Assembly (NCBI GenBank): GCA_021613535.1
Contig: CP075495.1
Span: forward strand, 1,240,001 to 1,304,000
DNA: 64,000 bases
Reading direction: 5' to 3'
Source of the DNA: Adineta vaga
Lineage: Eukaryota; Animalia; Rotifera
The position numbers and the translations under genes were made by a program. The notes under the pieces are model-generated. The model was not told where the DNA came from. It saw only the letters and a list, made by a program, of their open reading frames with translations, and did no database searches. Shown one piece after another: positions 11,424 to 23,132 of this stretch (positions are counted from its first letter, which is position 1; every line of letters starts with the position of its first letter).

Positions 11424-13028
11424 CTAAAAATATGTTACTAATTCTAACGGTTGATGTTTTTCATTGACATCTATTGAAATTCTTGTAGGAGAAGTTTTCT
11501 TCTCTTGATCATTATTATTATCATCATCATCATCATCTAAATTTGGATTGCAAGCAAAAGATCCTTTAGGAACAAATGTTGATAAGAAAACAATAATTAA
11601 AATAATCGTTAATTGAATTGCAGCAGTATTAAATAAAGCTGGTCGAACACTTCCAGTTGAATTATAAACATGATCAATATATTTTCCAAGAATGGGATTT
11701 AAAATAGCATATAAAATAATATACGATGAATAAAGAAATGCCATTACAGCTCCTAATGCTGATACATTCTTTGTCTTTGTTTCTAAATGTGTTAATGATG
11801 ATTGAATATAAGCAACGAGCGAAACATCTCCAGCTGCCCAACCAAAAGAAATAGGAATGAATGTTACAGCGATAAACCATGCATATTTAACTTCACCAAC
11901 GGGCGGATAAAAGAAAGGAATATACCAAATAATTAATAACATCAAGGCATCAATACGTAACCATGGCATAGGTGTTCTAATTGTGTTTGTAAAAAGAAAA
12001 ACAAAAAGTGCACCGATTAATTCACCAAAATTTGAACCACCGACAATAATTTGTGACCATTCCGAATTTCCAAGATATCTTCGAGCAATTTGTGGTGCAA
12101 TACCATTTTCTAAATATCTATGTGCATAGAGAGCAACGGAATAACCTGTAAATAACCAAATAAATTTTCGATGAGTAAAAACAATTTTTCCGCCAACATA
12201 AACCGATTGTCCAAATGATAGAAAACCATTGATAACAGATTGAAAATAATTTTTTCCTTGATGTTTTTTTACATTATCTATTATTTCATCATCAATAATT
12301 CCTTCATGAAATTGTTTCGTACTTAAAAACCACCAAATAATTGCCGAAACAGTGAAGAATATCGGTGTAATAAGAAATGCATAATTATTTCCAAGACGAG
12401 GAATTAAACCAAGACCTGCAGCAAATGCACCACTTGTACCGGATATTTCATAGAAAATATGAACTAATGCATCCATTCGTTGTAATTTTTCTACATTACC
12501 ACCGACAATATCTCGTGGAATAACACGTCGAATTAATTCAACCATTCCATAGGTTATTCCAGTAACACAATAAATCGGAATAATTGCATCAGTAAAATAT
12601 TTTCCATAATAAGAAAAATCATTTTTATTCAATGGGATAAAATCTTTTGGTTTTATATAACCACCGGTTGCAGTATCGACAATCATTAAAATTGCGGTAA
12701 CAATTCCAAAGATAAATACAGATATTGATAGAACAGTTCGAGTTGGCCAACGTTTGATCAATGGTGCAATTAAAATTGAACCAATGCATTGAGATGCTTG
12801 ATTTAATCCAGATAATAATCCAACACGTTCAAATGTATTCGATGGTTTATTATTAAGAGATGCATCTTGATCATAACGATTTGTTGCTAATGTTAAAATT
12901 GAACCATTATACGCTTCAAGACCAAATTTATAGAACATGATACCAAGAATATATAAGGCAATATTTCGTCGTTCTTTCGCAGAAAATAATGTCCATAATC
13001 CAGAGATGTTGGGTTTTTTTATTAACAT
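11424..13028 (-). CDS. MFS-type multi-pass membrane transporter, fungal-like, intronless
   Basis: 534 aa with about 12 hydrophobic helices arranged 6+6 around a central hydrophilic loop. GSILIAPLIKRWPTR resembles MFS motif A. Confidence 0.75.
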   Translation of the reverse strand: MLIKKPNISGLWTLFSAKERRNIALYILGIMFYKFGLEAYNGSILTLATNRYDQDASLNNKPSNTFERVGLLSGLNQASQCIGSILIAPLIKRWPTRTVLSISVFIFGIVTAILMIVDTATGGYIKPKDFIPLNKNDFSYYGKYFTDAIIPIYCVTGITYGMVELIRRVIPRDIVGGNVEKLQRMDALVHIFYEISGTSGAFAAGLGLIPRLGNNYAFLITPIFFTVSAIIWWFLSTKQFHEGIIDDEIIDNVKKHQGKNYFQSVINGFLSFGQSVYVGGKIVFTHRKFIWLFTGYSVALYAHRYLENGIAPQIARRYLGNSEWSQIIVGGSNFGELIGALFVFLFTNTIRTPMPWLRIDALMLLIIWYIPFFYPPVGEVKYAWFIAVTFIPISFGWAAGDVSLVAYIQSSLTHLETKTKNVSALGAVMAFLYSSYIILYAILNPILGKYIDHVYNSTGSVRPALFNTAAIQLTIILIIVFLSTFVPKGSFACNPNLDDDDDDNNNDQEKKTSPTRISIDVNEKHQPLELVTYF

Positions 13029-13821
13029 GTTCTCTAAATGAAATATATGTTATAAATGTATATCTAGTTTTAAATAATGAAAAGAAAATATCGAATAGAA
13101 TCTTGGTCAAATAAACTTGATCGATTGAAATTTTACATACCTTTAGAAATCTCAGGAAATATGAGAAGATTGTCGAAACATTCTATCTCCTATTCCTAAT
13201 TCATAGGTCATATCTCGTCTTGTTCACGATTGAATGAATGATAATACTACGAAGTTTTACATTAGTCACACTGTATAAACGATGTCGCTAATGGTGAATG
13301 AACAAAAAAAACTCATACCTTCTATTTTATTTCTTTGATCGATACGTCGTTCAAATTATTCAACCATATCCATAAGTACATGTATAGATGTATATATATA
13401 TTCATAAGAGAGAGATTTAACTAGAAGAAGAGAAACAAGAACATTACAGACGAAAAGAGAATATTATAATCATGTATGAAAGTTAAAGAAAGAAGAAAAA
13501 GACGGACTTTATATTCATTTACAACTGTTTAGTAACATTTCTAATAGAAATATCAACAACAATTTGATTCTCGAATGTATTCTTTTTCGTTCTGATGTCT
13601 GTATTCTTTATTCGTATATGAGAATACAAACTATAAGAGACATTTCAGTCTACTATGATCGAATTTAATGTTATAGAAGAATAGAGAATCAACACAAAGG
13701 TCATCGAGAAAAACGACATTCAACTGATAGTTAATTTCTCTGCAATATATTAGATTTCATTTTCCTCTACAAGCGATGAATAGAAATTTTTATTGAATAA
13801 AAGAATGAAAAACAAACCCAC

Positions 13822-14481
13822 CTATTGATTAATTTGTTTTATATTCAGTATATTTAAATCTTCGATCTTTTGTAAATCTCTCCATATATGATATGCAGCT
13901 GTTAGTATTGTTTTTATTAAACGTTTACGTTCATTTTCAAAAATAAAATCTAAATGAATACAAACATTCTCTGTAATGTATTGATTTAATTGAAAATGAT
14001 TTCTATCATCAAATGTATTGAATAAGATGTTTTTAAGATGATTAAATTGAATAGGATAATGTCGATTAATAAAATATTGAAATCCTGAAGAAAATATTTG
14101 ACCAAATGGATGAAATAATGGATTTAATCGAATGGAATATTTTTCAATAATTTCATCAATTTGTCGATTGGATAATGAAAATGATTTTTGTTTTGAAATA
14201 TGCCAATGAATATCATTTGAATTATTATGAAATGGTATTAAATAAAAGATTTGTCCATCATCAATAAAATTTAAATTTTTGTACCAACATTGTAATTGAG
14301 AAAATAATTCAATATCATTTCTAAGTTCTGAACGACTAAACCATACATATTGTTTAACTAATTTTCTCAAACGAGAATTTAAATTAAAAAATGCATGAAA
14401 ATTTTCTGCAACTTTGAGATATTCAAATATAGAAATAATGATTTCATTTGGTAAATTATCAAAAGACAAAAGTCTCGACAT
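13822..14481 (-). CDS. F-box domain protein
   Basis: N-terminal FDNLPNEIIISIFEYL..F..LNSRL F-box motif. Confidence 0.75.
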   Translation of the reverse strand: MSRLLSFDNLPNEIIISIFEYLKVAENFHAFFNLNSRLRKLVKQYVWFSRSELRNDIELFSQLQCWYKNLNFIDDGQIFYLIPFHNNSNDIHWHISKQKSFSLSNRQIDEIIEKYSIRLNPLFHPFGQIFSSGFQYFINRHYPIQFNHLKNILFNTFDDRNHFQLNQYITENVCIHLDFIFENERKRLIKTILTAAYHIWRDLQKIEDLNILNIKQINQ

Positions 14482-14868
14482 ATTATAATCGTACAAAGTA
14501 AATGATAAGTTGATAACAATATTTCATTTCTCTTTCTTTTATAAGTAGAGTATAAGACATGACTCATCGACGATTTTCCTCCGCATTGTTTGTAATTACC
14601 TCTCATATTTATTCAAGAAAAACTTTCGAAATTTTAAAGAACTACTACCTACGAATAACTATGAATCAAACAAGAATGCGTGGTCGTGTTTAAAGCAAAT
14701 GAATCATCACACATCTGTGATGCTTACGTGTTCTATAGGAATATTATAAAATCTTCGGTCCATTACTGAGCGTAGAATATATTTTACAAAGACACACATA
14801 AATAAATACATTACGTTTTAAAATGCAATAGGATCAATATTAAATGTTTATTTCTTTATAACAAAATT

Positions 14869-16012
14869 TTAATGAACGACGTCGACTAAAATGAAAGAAA
14901 AACATGTTTATATTATATGGTTGAAACATATATTCCGGATGTCTATAAAAAAGAAAACAAAAGATTTATTCAATTAATAATTCAACGAAATTTTATTCGA
15001 TAGATTTACCCATTATGTAATTCATAAATTTTAGAAAATGAATTGAATTCCGAATCATAAGTTGTTGTATGATATCCATATTGACATCCTAATGTTGATG
15101 GATAATTTGGTGTATTACTACCACAACAATTGAATGATGAACAACTATGACCATATCCATCATATTTCTATAAGAGAATATTATTGGAAAATTGAATAAT
15201 ATACTTTTTCATATATGATAACTTACTCCTGGATGATATAGACATAATTGTTCTTTTTCATTTTCGATTTTATTAAAAAATAATCTACATTTTGTACATA
15301 ATGCCATGAATGGTAAATAATTTTCGATAGAAAAATGATCTCGACTCAAAAATGAAGTTTCAAAATGAATGAAGATTCTTTTTAAATTTCGTTGATGATC
15401 TTCTGTATTGAATAATTGTAGAAAATCTGCTTTTAATGATCGATGACATTGATAAAATTCCATATATTTTAAATTTTTACAACCTTTAGCAATATATTCG
15501 ATACCGATTTCAGTTAAGAGTTTTCCTTCAAAACGAATTTGTTCAATTAAAGGAAATAATAAAGCAGTTAAACGTAATGATTCATCTGTATGAAGATAAT
15601 TTTTGAAATCAACCTTAAAAATTCAATAAATCCTAGAAAATAACTTTTTATCATATAATTATACCTTCGTAACGAATGCAAATCGTTGTATACTTTCTTT
15701 TGATGATGTTATATTATTTAAAATAGATTCTAAAGCTTTAGGATCTTCAGGTGGAAGGATCATTAACCAGAGTTTTACTTTAATCGCACTTTCAAGATCA
15801 GAGTGTTTAGAATTACCACTTTCCATAGCACCAATAAATGGCAATTCAATAGTTTTTGACCATCGTTTCTTATCGTTATAAATCCGTTCTCGCCAAAAAT
15901 GACAAGTTCGAGATAATTGAATTAAACTTTTCAGATCTAAATAGTTTAATATGAAGGGAATGACATCAAGAAAAGGTCCCGTATCCATAATGAATTCATC
16001 TAAAATTTTCAT
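14869..16012 (-). CDS. F-box/LRR protein with C-terminal Cys/His zinc-binding module, 4 exons
   Basis: F-box ILNYLDLKSLIQLSRTCHFWR, LRR-like middle exon, and CTKC..CLYHPG..FNCCG..GCQYGYH after splicing. Confidence 0.7.
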
Positions 16013-16356
16013 AGAATATATTTATCAGAAAATCTTTTATTGAATAAACCAACTTACGAGCTTGATTTGTCATATTTTAGCTTACTCAATTTGTATTTGC
16101 GTTTTTTTTGTCGCGTAGAACACGTTTTTGTTTTGTGCTTTTACTTGTGATTGCACAATATTGTTGTCAGACACGGGGGCAATCTAAATATGAGAATGAT
16201 CAGTAATAATTAAATAAAGTTATAGTCATCTTTTATTATTTAAAAAAAAAGTACAATTACGATGAAAAACTCGATGATTCGATGTGCCTATTTGGTTTCT
16301 CTGTAAATGTTAGAAATATTTGAACATATCCTCTTCTTTAGATTGCAGTTGATAAT

Positions 16357-17783
16357 CTACTCATCAGGTGTTTCTTCGTTTTTAATCAGAATACCATAAG
16401 GACGAATTGCTTCAGGATCAACAAAACGCCAAGCGTGTCCTATTTTAACTGGACTACTATGCGTTGTATAAGAACCTGGTTTGACACGACATTGAAATAC
16501 TACTCGAAATGTTTCACTTTTATTTTTTGTTGCTTGAACAGTAAATGGTTGAGTATAGGCCGGATGAGAACCACCAGTACAATGTGTTGCAACGTAAAGA
16601 CCGGGTTTATCAAAATAAGTTCCACTCATCTGAACAGCGTCCTTTCTCATAGCATCATTGGTTGTTTTTCGAAGTCCTTCCTCTTTGATTCCTTTAACCG
16701 CTTCTCCATGAGTACCGTGAAAAGCTACTGCCCATTCTCCATCGACGTTACTACTACCTAACCAAAGTTGATCATTCGAATATTTATCAACAACTTTCAG
16801 AGCATGGCGATACCATCCAAGTGGTAAAAAATATGGTAAACTTCCACGTGTCTCCTTCTCTGACATGTCAGTTGTATAATCACGATTATGTTCTGGAGCA
16901 AAATCGAATGGACTCAATTGAAAAAAGTTAATCAAAGGCATCCATTTACAATCATATTCATCTGGTTTAACATATTTCAATATTCGATGTTTTGGAAAAC
17001 CTTTCTTTGCACGAATCTAGAATAGAAAAGAAAACATCAAACAAATCATACAATTTCAGTTCATACTTTGAGTTCTTCGGCAAGTTTTTCTGTTTCTGCT
17101 GGATTTGGTGTACTAATACCGAAATCGACTTTTGTCTGTCGACGAATTTTCGGATTATGAACAGAATTAACTCGAACATAATCAGATGGACAATTCAATA
17201 TATCCGCAATTGAATTAGAAAAATTTAAAACAAAATCTTGCATTGTTTCACTTGTTCGAGCGAGATCTCTTTCATAATCCAAATCCATTTTAAAAACAAA
17301 AATAGCTGTAGGAATATAATTTGTAGCTAATAAATGAGCACTACTAAAATTCGCTATACCACAAGCAGCACGATGAGTTGTTTCGTCAAATGTTACATTC
17401 TCTTTACTGAAACTAAGTTGTCCATGAAATTGTTGAACGAAATTATCAAGAGCGATTACAAGTAGTTCTGCATTATTTTCAGTGGGTTCTAATGAACTAG
17501 TTTGAAAATTATTGTTTGGTTTATTCGTAACAGCACGATATCGAGCTACTGTATTGAATGTATGTTGTTGATTTTTAGAAATACCTTTCGGATAGACGAT
17601 GTTTTTCAATGGTTTTTCTTGATTTTCAGGTTTAAACCATTTTGGTGCCATTTTTAATTTTGTCATATTTTTTCCAACATTTATCTGAACAACTTTTGGT
17701 CGTAACTCATTAAGTAATCGTACTGAAATCATAATCGTACGTTTTTTCGAAGGATCATAAAATTGAACGAGAGCAGTCGTCAT
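16357..17783 (-). CDS. PARP-like (NEURL4-C type) ADP-ribosyltransferase domain protein, 2 exons
   Basis: YFLPLGWYRHALKV, WAVAFHGT, GLYVAT, FQCRVKPGSY and IRPYGILIK motifs. Intron 17017-17066 keeps the frame. Confidence 0.75.
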
Positions 17784-18224
17784 TTTTAATCTGTACTTCT
17801 AAAATATTTATCTATAACATCATCTATATATCGTATCGAATTTATATTTATATGCTGGTAAGAACACAGACAAATAACGTATATTCTCCACTAAACTATA
17901 GATGAAAGGCAACATTGTTGACTTCAGATCGCTCTTATGCTAATAAAGAACATGTGAATTTTTTGCCTTCAAATTTCTATATTGTCATAGAAACCATTTA
18001 AAAACCTGTTTTTTCTCCGCTTGCTGAAGAATTGATTAGAATTCGGATGTATTACATTTGTTTACGATCGAAAAGTAAAACAAAAACAAATAATTCGTAA
18101 ACATATGAAATAAGATGTGTGATCAAAACACTCGAATTCTACTCAAACATCTTTCAACTTTAAATAATAAACAAAAGATCATGTTGATATGAAGATATTT
18201 AACGAGACAAAAAAAATGTGAATG

Positions 18225-19520
18225 TTAAGAATGTCGATGATTTGAAATTGGAATAAGAAAACATTTTTCTGATGTTACCGTTGGTAATAACTCAGAAATT
18301 TTTGATCGTTGAATTGCAGTTTTCGGTGCTAAACGATGATGGCGATGAAAATTACGAAGAGCTCGACTATGATCATCCATTGAAGTTTTATTTGAAAAAC
18401 TATCATTTGACGATATTAATCCTCGTTTTAAAGACATTCGTTGTTCTTCATTTACATGATGTGAATTCGAACGTGTAACTAAAAAGTAAAGAAGAGAAAT
18501 TCGTGAATTACTGTTCGATGTAAAAGGAAGTTTTTAACCTGGTTGAGGTAGTAATGTTTCTGTTGAACAATTAGGATGTTTAGAAGATGAAAAAGCAAGT
18601 GGTGTAACAGTTAAACCTAGAGTTGACATTCCGCGAAAAATAGTTGGAGAATGTCGATGATCAATAAATTTCGTATTTATCGATGATTCATCATTAATTG
18701 GACTAGTTAATACTTGTCGAAGTTTTGTATATCGTTCGATAATTGATGATGAATCTGCTGCTGAAATTGTTCGTGTTGTTTTATTTCGTTGTTTAAGTTC
18801 GAGTGATGGTGTTCGCATAACAGTTCCTTTACAATTAAGATCAATGGTTTCGTTTTGAAATAATCTATATAATTGTCTTTTTAATATTATTTTAAATTTA
18901 TCTTGATTTGATGATTGATAAAGTTGATTATCTAATTGTCTCGATCGAGAATAATTATTACTTTGAACATGATGCATTGGAGAACGATTATTAGTTGATT
19001 TTACCGGATTTGAAATGGCTGAAATACATATATCAATATTTATTTGAAAAAATAAAAGAGATCTAAAATTACATTGTTGCCCTGTAGGGACTACGGGCGG
19101 ATTTTCTTCTTCGGAGAAAGATGATGATGATATGTGTGATGGCGGGGATTGTTCATTTTCAGAGGGAGATTTATCATTGAGAAGATCTTTTTCTTTTTTG
19201 AATAATTGTCGTAGACGTTTTGGAAAAAGTTTGTTCGATGCACTTTTTGAAGAGACAAATTCATCTGTAACTGAAGTTCGTGCTGATTTTGTTTTCTCTC
19301 GTCGAGGTAAATAAAGGCCAAGTGATTGACAAAAATATAAATTCTGTCGAGAAGAATGAGTTTTTTTCAAATGTTCTGATGATAATGACCATTGATCAAG
19401 TCCATCAGTCCAGTCAGATGTATTTGCAAATTGATATGAAGATTTAAATGAAAAACTTGAAGTTTGAATTAAACATTTAGTTAACGATCGATCATTTGAT
19501 GAAGAACAATAAGAAACCAT
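18225..19520 (-). CDS. Ser-rich, probably disordered hypothetical protein, multi-exon
   Basis: Long ORFs with splice-like junctions near 19020-19080 and 18480-18538. No recognisable domain. Confidence 0.5.
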
Positions 19521-20002
19521 ATTGATAGATTTTTCGCTAACAACCAGAATATTTTGTCGTTTAATTTCTTTTCTCTTCTTATCAAAACAGAAACGTTTTC
19601 GTTTTTTTTCTCTTCTTCTTCTTTCGATTCATTTCTTGACAATTGGACAAAGACTTTTAACCAATTGAAGTCTACAAATAAGTACATTATGCAGACAAAT
19701 TTCAAATGAATTCATTCTGAAGTGAGACCATTTCATAAGTGCTATGGAAGATTAACAAGTTGATTCCTTTTCTTCCTTAGGATCTATTAGCGGATTATGA
19801 GTGATATTCTCTCTATTGAATATTATTATTTTAGTACAGAATGAATTCATCTTTTAATCATCATATTAGCTTGTTTATTTTGAAAAGTACACGAAATAAA
19901 ATTGTAGCTTGATTATTGTATAAAAAGAAACGTTTGAGAATGTCATTGAAATTGGATAGTTTTACACTGGATAATTAGGTAAAGAAATGTTCTTTACAAA
20001 GT

Positions 20003-20307
20003 TTATGATTTTGATTTACGTTCAGCTGCTCGATCAGCTGGACCTTCTTGTTGTGAACGTTCTTGTTCGGGATCAGATGTAGATCGATTTTTATCTTGCT
20101 TTTGTTGTTCTAAACAAAGAGATAAATATAAATTTTCGATTAAAAATGAAGAAAAAATTTACTTTGTTGTTGATTTTTTGAATTTGATGCTTTTTCTGTT
20201 GATTTTTTTGATCCATCAGATTTTTGAAATAATACATTTGAAGTACTAAGAGTTCGTAACGAGACGAATCTTGTCTTATTCAAATTACGAATCAATTGAG
20301 TTAACAT
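20003..20307 (-). CDS. 83-aa hydrophilic protein with mitochondrial-type presequence, 2 exons
   Basis: Not in the ORF track. Intron 20110-20162 gives MLTQLIRNLNKTRFVSLRTLSTSNVLFQKSDGSKK...PEQERSQQEGPADRAAERKSKS. Confidence 0.65.
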
Positions 20308-20811
20308 TATCGTTTGTATGTAGAAAGAATAGATTTCTGAACTGAATCTGAAAGAAACATAACGAATAGAAAGAGAATGAATGGTTTACTCGTTCGGTCA
20401 ATAACATTAGTTGTCACCAGTTATCGACTGACTTTCCATGAGCTATCTAATTCGAATGCACATTCACCTATTTGATATCATTTCGAAAATAAATCACGAA
20501 ACTTGAGGTAGAGCTTAGATTTTCTTTTATCTATATGTGATTACTTTGATTAAATCTCAGACAAATCGCCTACAGTTAATAAAAATACTTCGTACTTTAA
20601 AAAAAATGATTCTTCAAGCAATTCGAACTATTTCATAATCAGAAAACTCAATGTTGTACTTAGAAAATATTTCTATTTGTTACACAGAAAAAGAAGCACT
20701 TTTAATTATAGTCTTTTCATCTATATATCCTCAAGATCAACCTACCTGATCTTGTCGTTCGATACTATATATATATATTAATGATTTTACAAGTTAAAAC
20801 ATTAATTCAAA

Positions 20812-21950
20812 ATGGAAATGAATTACAGTGATATATTTTCTTCTGATGAGGATTCAATAACTGATCCAATAATATCACAAGTCGAACGAACGATTAAATT
20901 TTATGCTCTAATTATTCTTCTTATTCCATCAGTATTATTAACAGGCTTTATGTAAGTTTTATTTTACTTTTTTTCAGACGAATAATTTGTTTGTTTGTTT
21001 CTTCTTCTTGTAGTTTATATCATTTTCAATGGCGTCATTTACAAACTCAAATCTATGCATTTGTTCTGATTGTCAATGTTCTTATTTTAGCTGTTGAATT
21101 ACCTATTACATTATATTTCTTATATTATGGAACGATTTTTTTTGAAAATCGATGTGCAGGATGGATTACATTAAACTATTCACTTTTTCAGTTAAGTGTT
21201 TATTTAATGGCATGGACATCAATTGAACGATATTTATTTATTTATCATGAACATTTTATTATGCGTCATATTATTCTTCTTCATTATGGACCAATTGTAT
21301 TACTTTCTCTATATTGTCCATCACTTTATATTGGAATTGTGGCATTCTATACATGTAAACCAATTTATGATGTTAGATTATATATTTGTGGTGGTCCATG
21401 TTATTCATTAGAATTAACTGTTGGTTTACTTGATTGGATTGGTAATGGTATAAGTATGGAAATGACAACATTATTTATTAATATAATACTTATTATTCGT
21501 CATTTTATTCAACGTCATCGAATGAAAAAAGCAATACTTACCGCAGCTGGACGTCAACAATGGGTAAGAATAGAGATTTGTTTTTAAAAATTAATTACAT
21601 TTGTCTAAAAATAGGGTCGTTCAGTGAGACTTGCATTACAACTTCTGGCAATTGGTATGGCGTATATCATCGCCTGGATTCCATATTCTATTATTGTCTT
21701 AATACAAATGTTTCAAAATTCTGAACGACTTGCTTATATTCTTTCAACAGTTTTTGTTTATTTACCATATTTACAATCATTAATATTACCTTTTCTTTGT
21801 ATGTTATTTATTCCGGATGTTAAACAGAAATTTTTTGCTTTACCAATCTTTTCCTGTTTGAATAAAACAGGACGAAGACAAAATCGAGTTCAAGCTGCTG
21901 ATAGACGACAAACTCTTACAATTCAAACACGAATACATACTCTCTCTTAA
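20812..21950 (+). CDS. Orphan class A (rhodopsin-like) GPCR, 3 exons
   Basis: Seven hydrophobic segments, LMAWTSIERY (DRY equivalent), CGGPC in extracellular loop 2, AWIPY in TM6. Confidence 0.8.
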
Positions 21951-22190
21951 CTCTTATTGGAAATAAATAAACATATTCGCAAAATGAAGGAAACATTTTC
22001 TATTATGAAAAACAGAAATTGATTATAAGAGAAGAAAACCGACTGGTTACTCGGGTCTAAGAATAGATATATATTATATATTATATATTATATAAAGATA
22101 TCTGAAATGATATATTAGATAGACAAACGGACGACAAATATCTTAACGATTGATTATAAACTCGTTGTTTTGTATAGAACATAGTTTACC

Positions 22191-22694
22191 ATGAGAATAG
22201 TTGTAATAATTCTTCTTGGTTTAGCTTTAATCTTATCATTACTTGGTACAATAACGAATCGTTGGTATCAAAGTCTATCGAATGATTTCAATGAAGGTTT
22301 ATGGTTATTTTGTCAACGATTTTCAAGTGATTTATCATCATCACCACCAACAGTAATAAATCATTGTCGTCGACAACCATATTTCAAATCACAAGCATTA
22401 GCAATATCCGGTATTATTTTTCTTTCAATTGCATTTATTCTTTCAATTATTTATTTTTATCAACGAAAAATAACTCGTCTATTAGTTTATTTAATTATTT
22501 TACTTCTTATTGCAAGTACATTATTACTTATCTTTAGTTATTTACTCTATCCTCGAAATCCACATTCACGACAATTGGGCTTTTCAATTTATTTCATGTT
22601 AATTAGTAGCATTATTGTACTTATTTCAACTGCTTTAGTTACATTTTTAACTAAAACTGTTCAATCAACTCCAATACCAACTTATTTAACTTAA
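22191..22694 (+). CDS. Claudin/PMP22-like tetraspan membrane protein
   Basis: W..GLW..C..C signature in the first loop and four TM helices. Confidence 0.75.
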   Translation: MRIVVIILLGLALILSLLGTITNRWYQSLSNDFNEGLWLFCQRFSSDLSSSPPTVINHCRRQPYFKSQALAISGIIFLSIAFILSIIYFYQRKITRLLVYLIILLLIASTLLLIFSYLLYPRNPHSRQLGFSIYFMLISSIIVLISTALVTFLTKTVQSTPIPTYLT

Positions 22695-23132
22695 CTTTTC
22701 GTGTGTTGTGTTGTATTGTTTGTTTTTCTTCTCATCAAATAAAACTCCAACTAAATCTTCTTCTTCTTCTTCTTCTATATCGATATCGAAAAGATATTCT
22801 CAAGATAATATCTTCTAACTGTTAACATATACAATTATCTTTTATAATGTCTTTTCTATCTTTCAACAAAACCTCTCTGTCATAACAGATAGACAATAAC
22901 AAAGATAGTAAAACGATATAATATATCCTACTCGCTTTCATAAATACTCTTGAGAATTGTATTTACCGAGAAGTTTATAATTAGTTTACAGATCATTAAC
23001 AAACGATAATTCTCTTCGTACTAAAATATTCAAACAATGAAAGAATAAATTTATTTATTGAAAACAACAAAATGAGATAAAAATTATTTTTTGTGTTTAA
23101 GTAAATGCAGAATGTTTAAATAAAATAGATTT

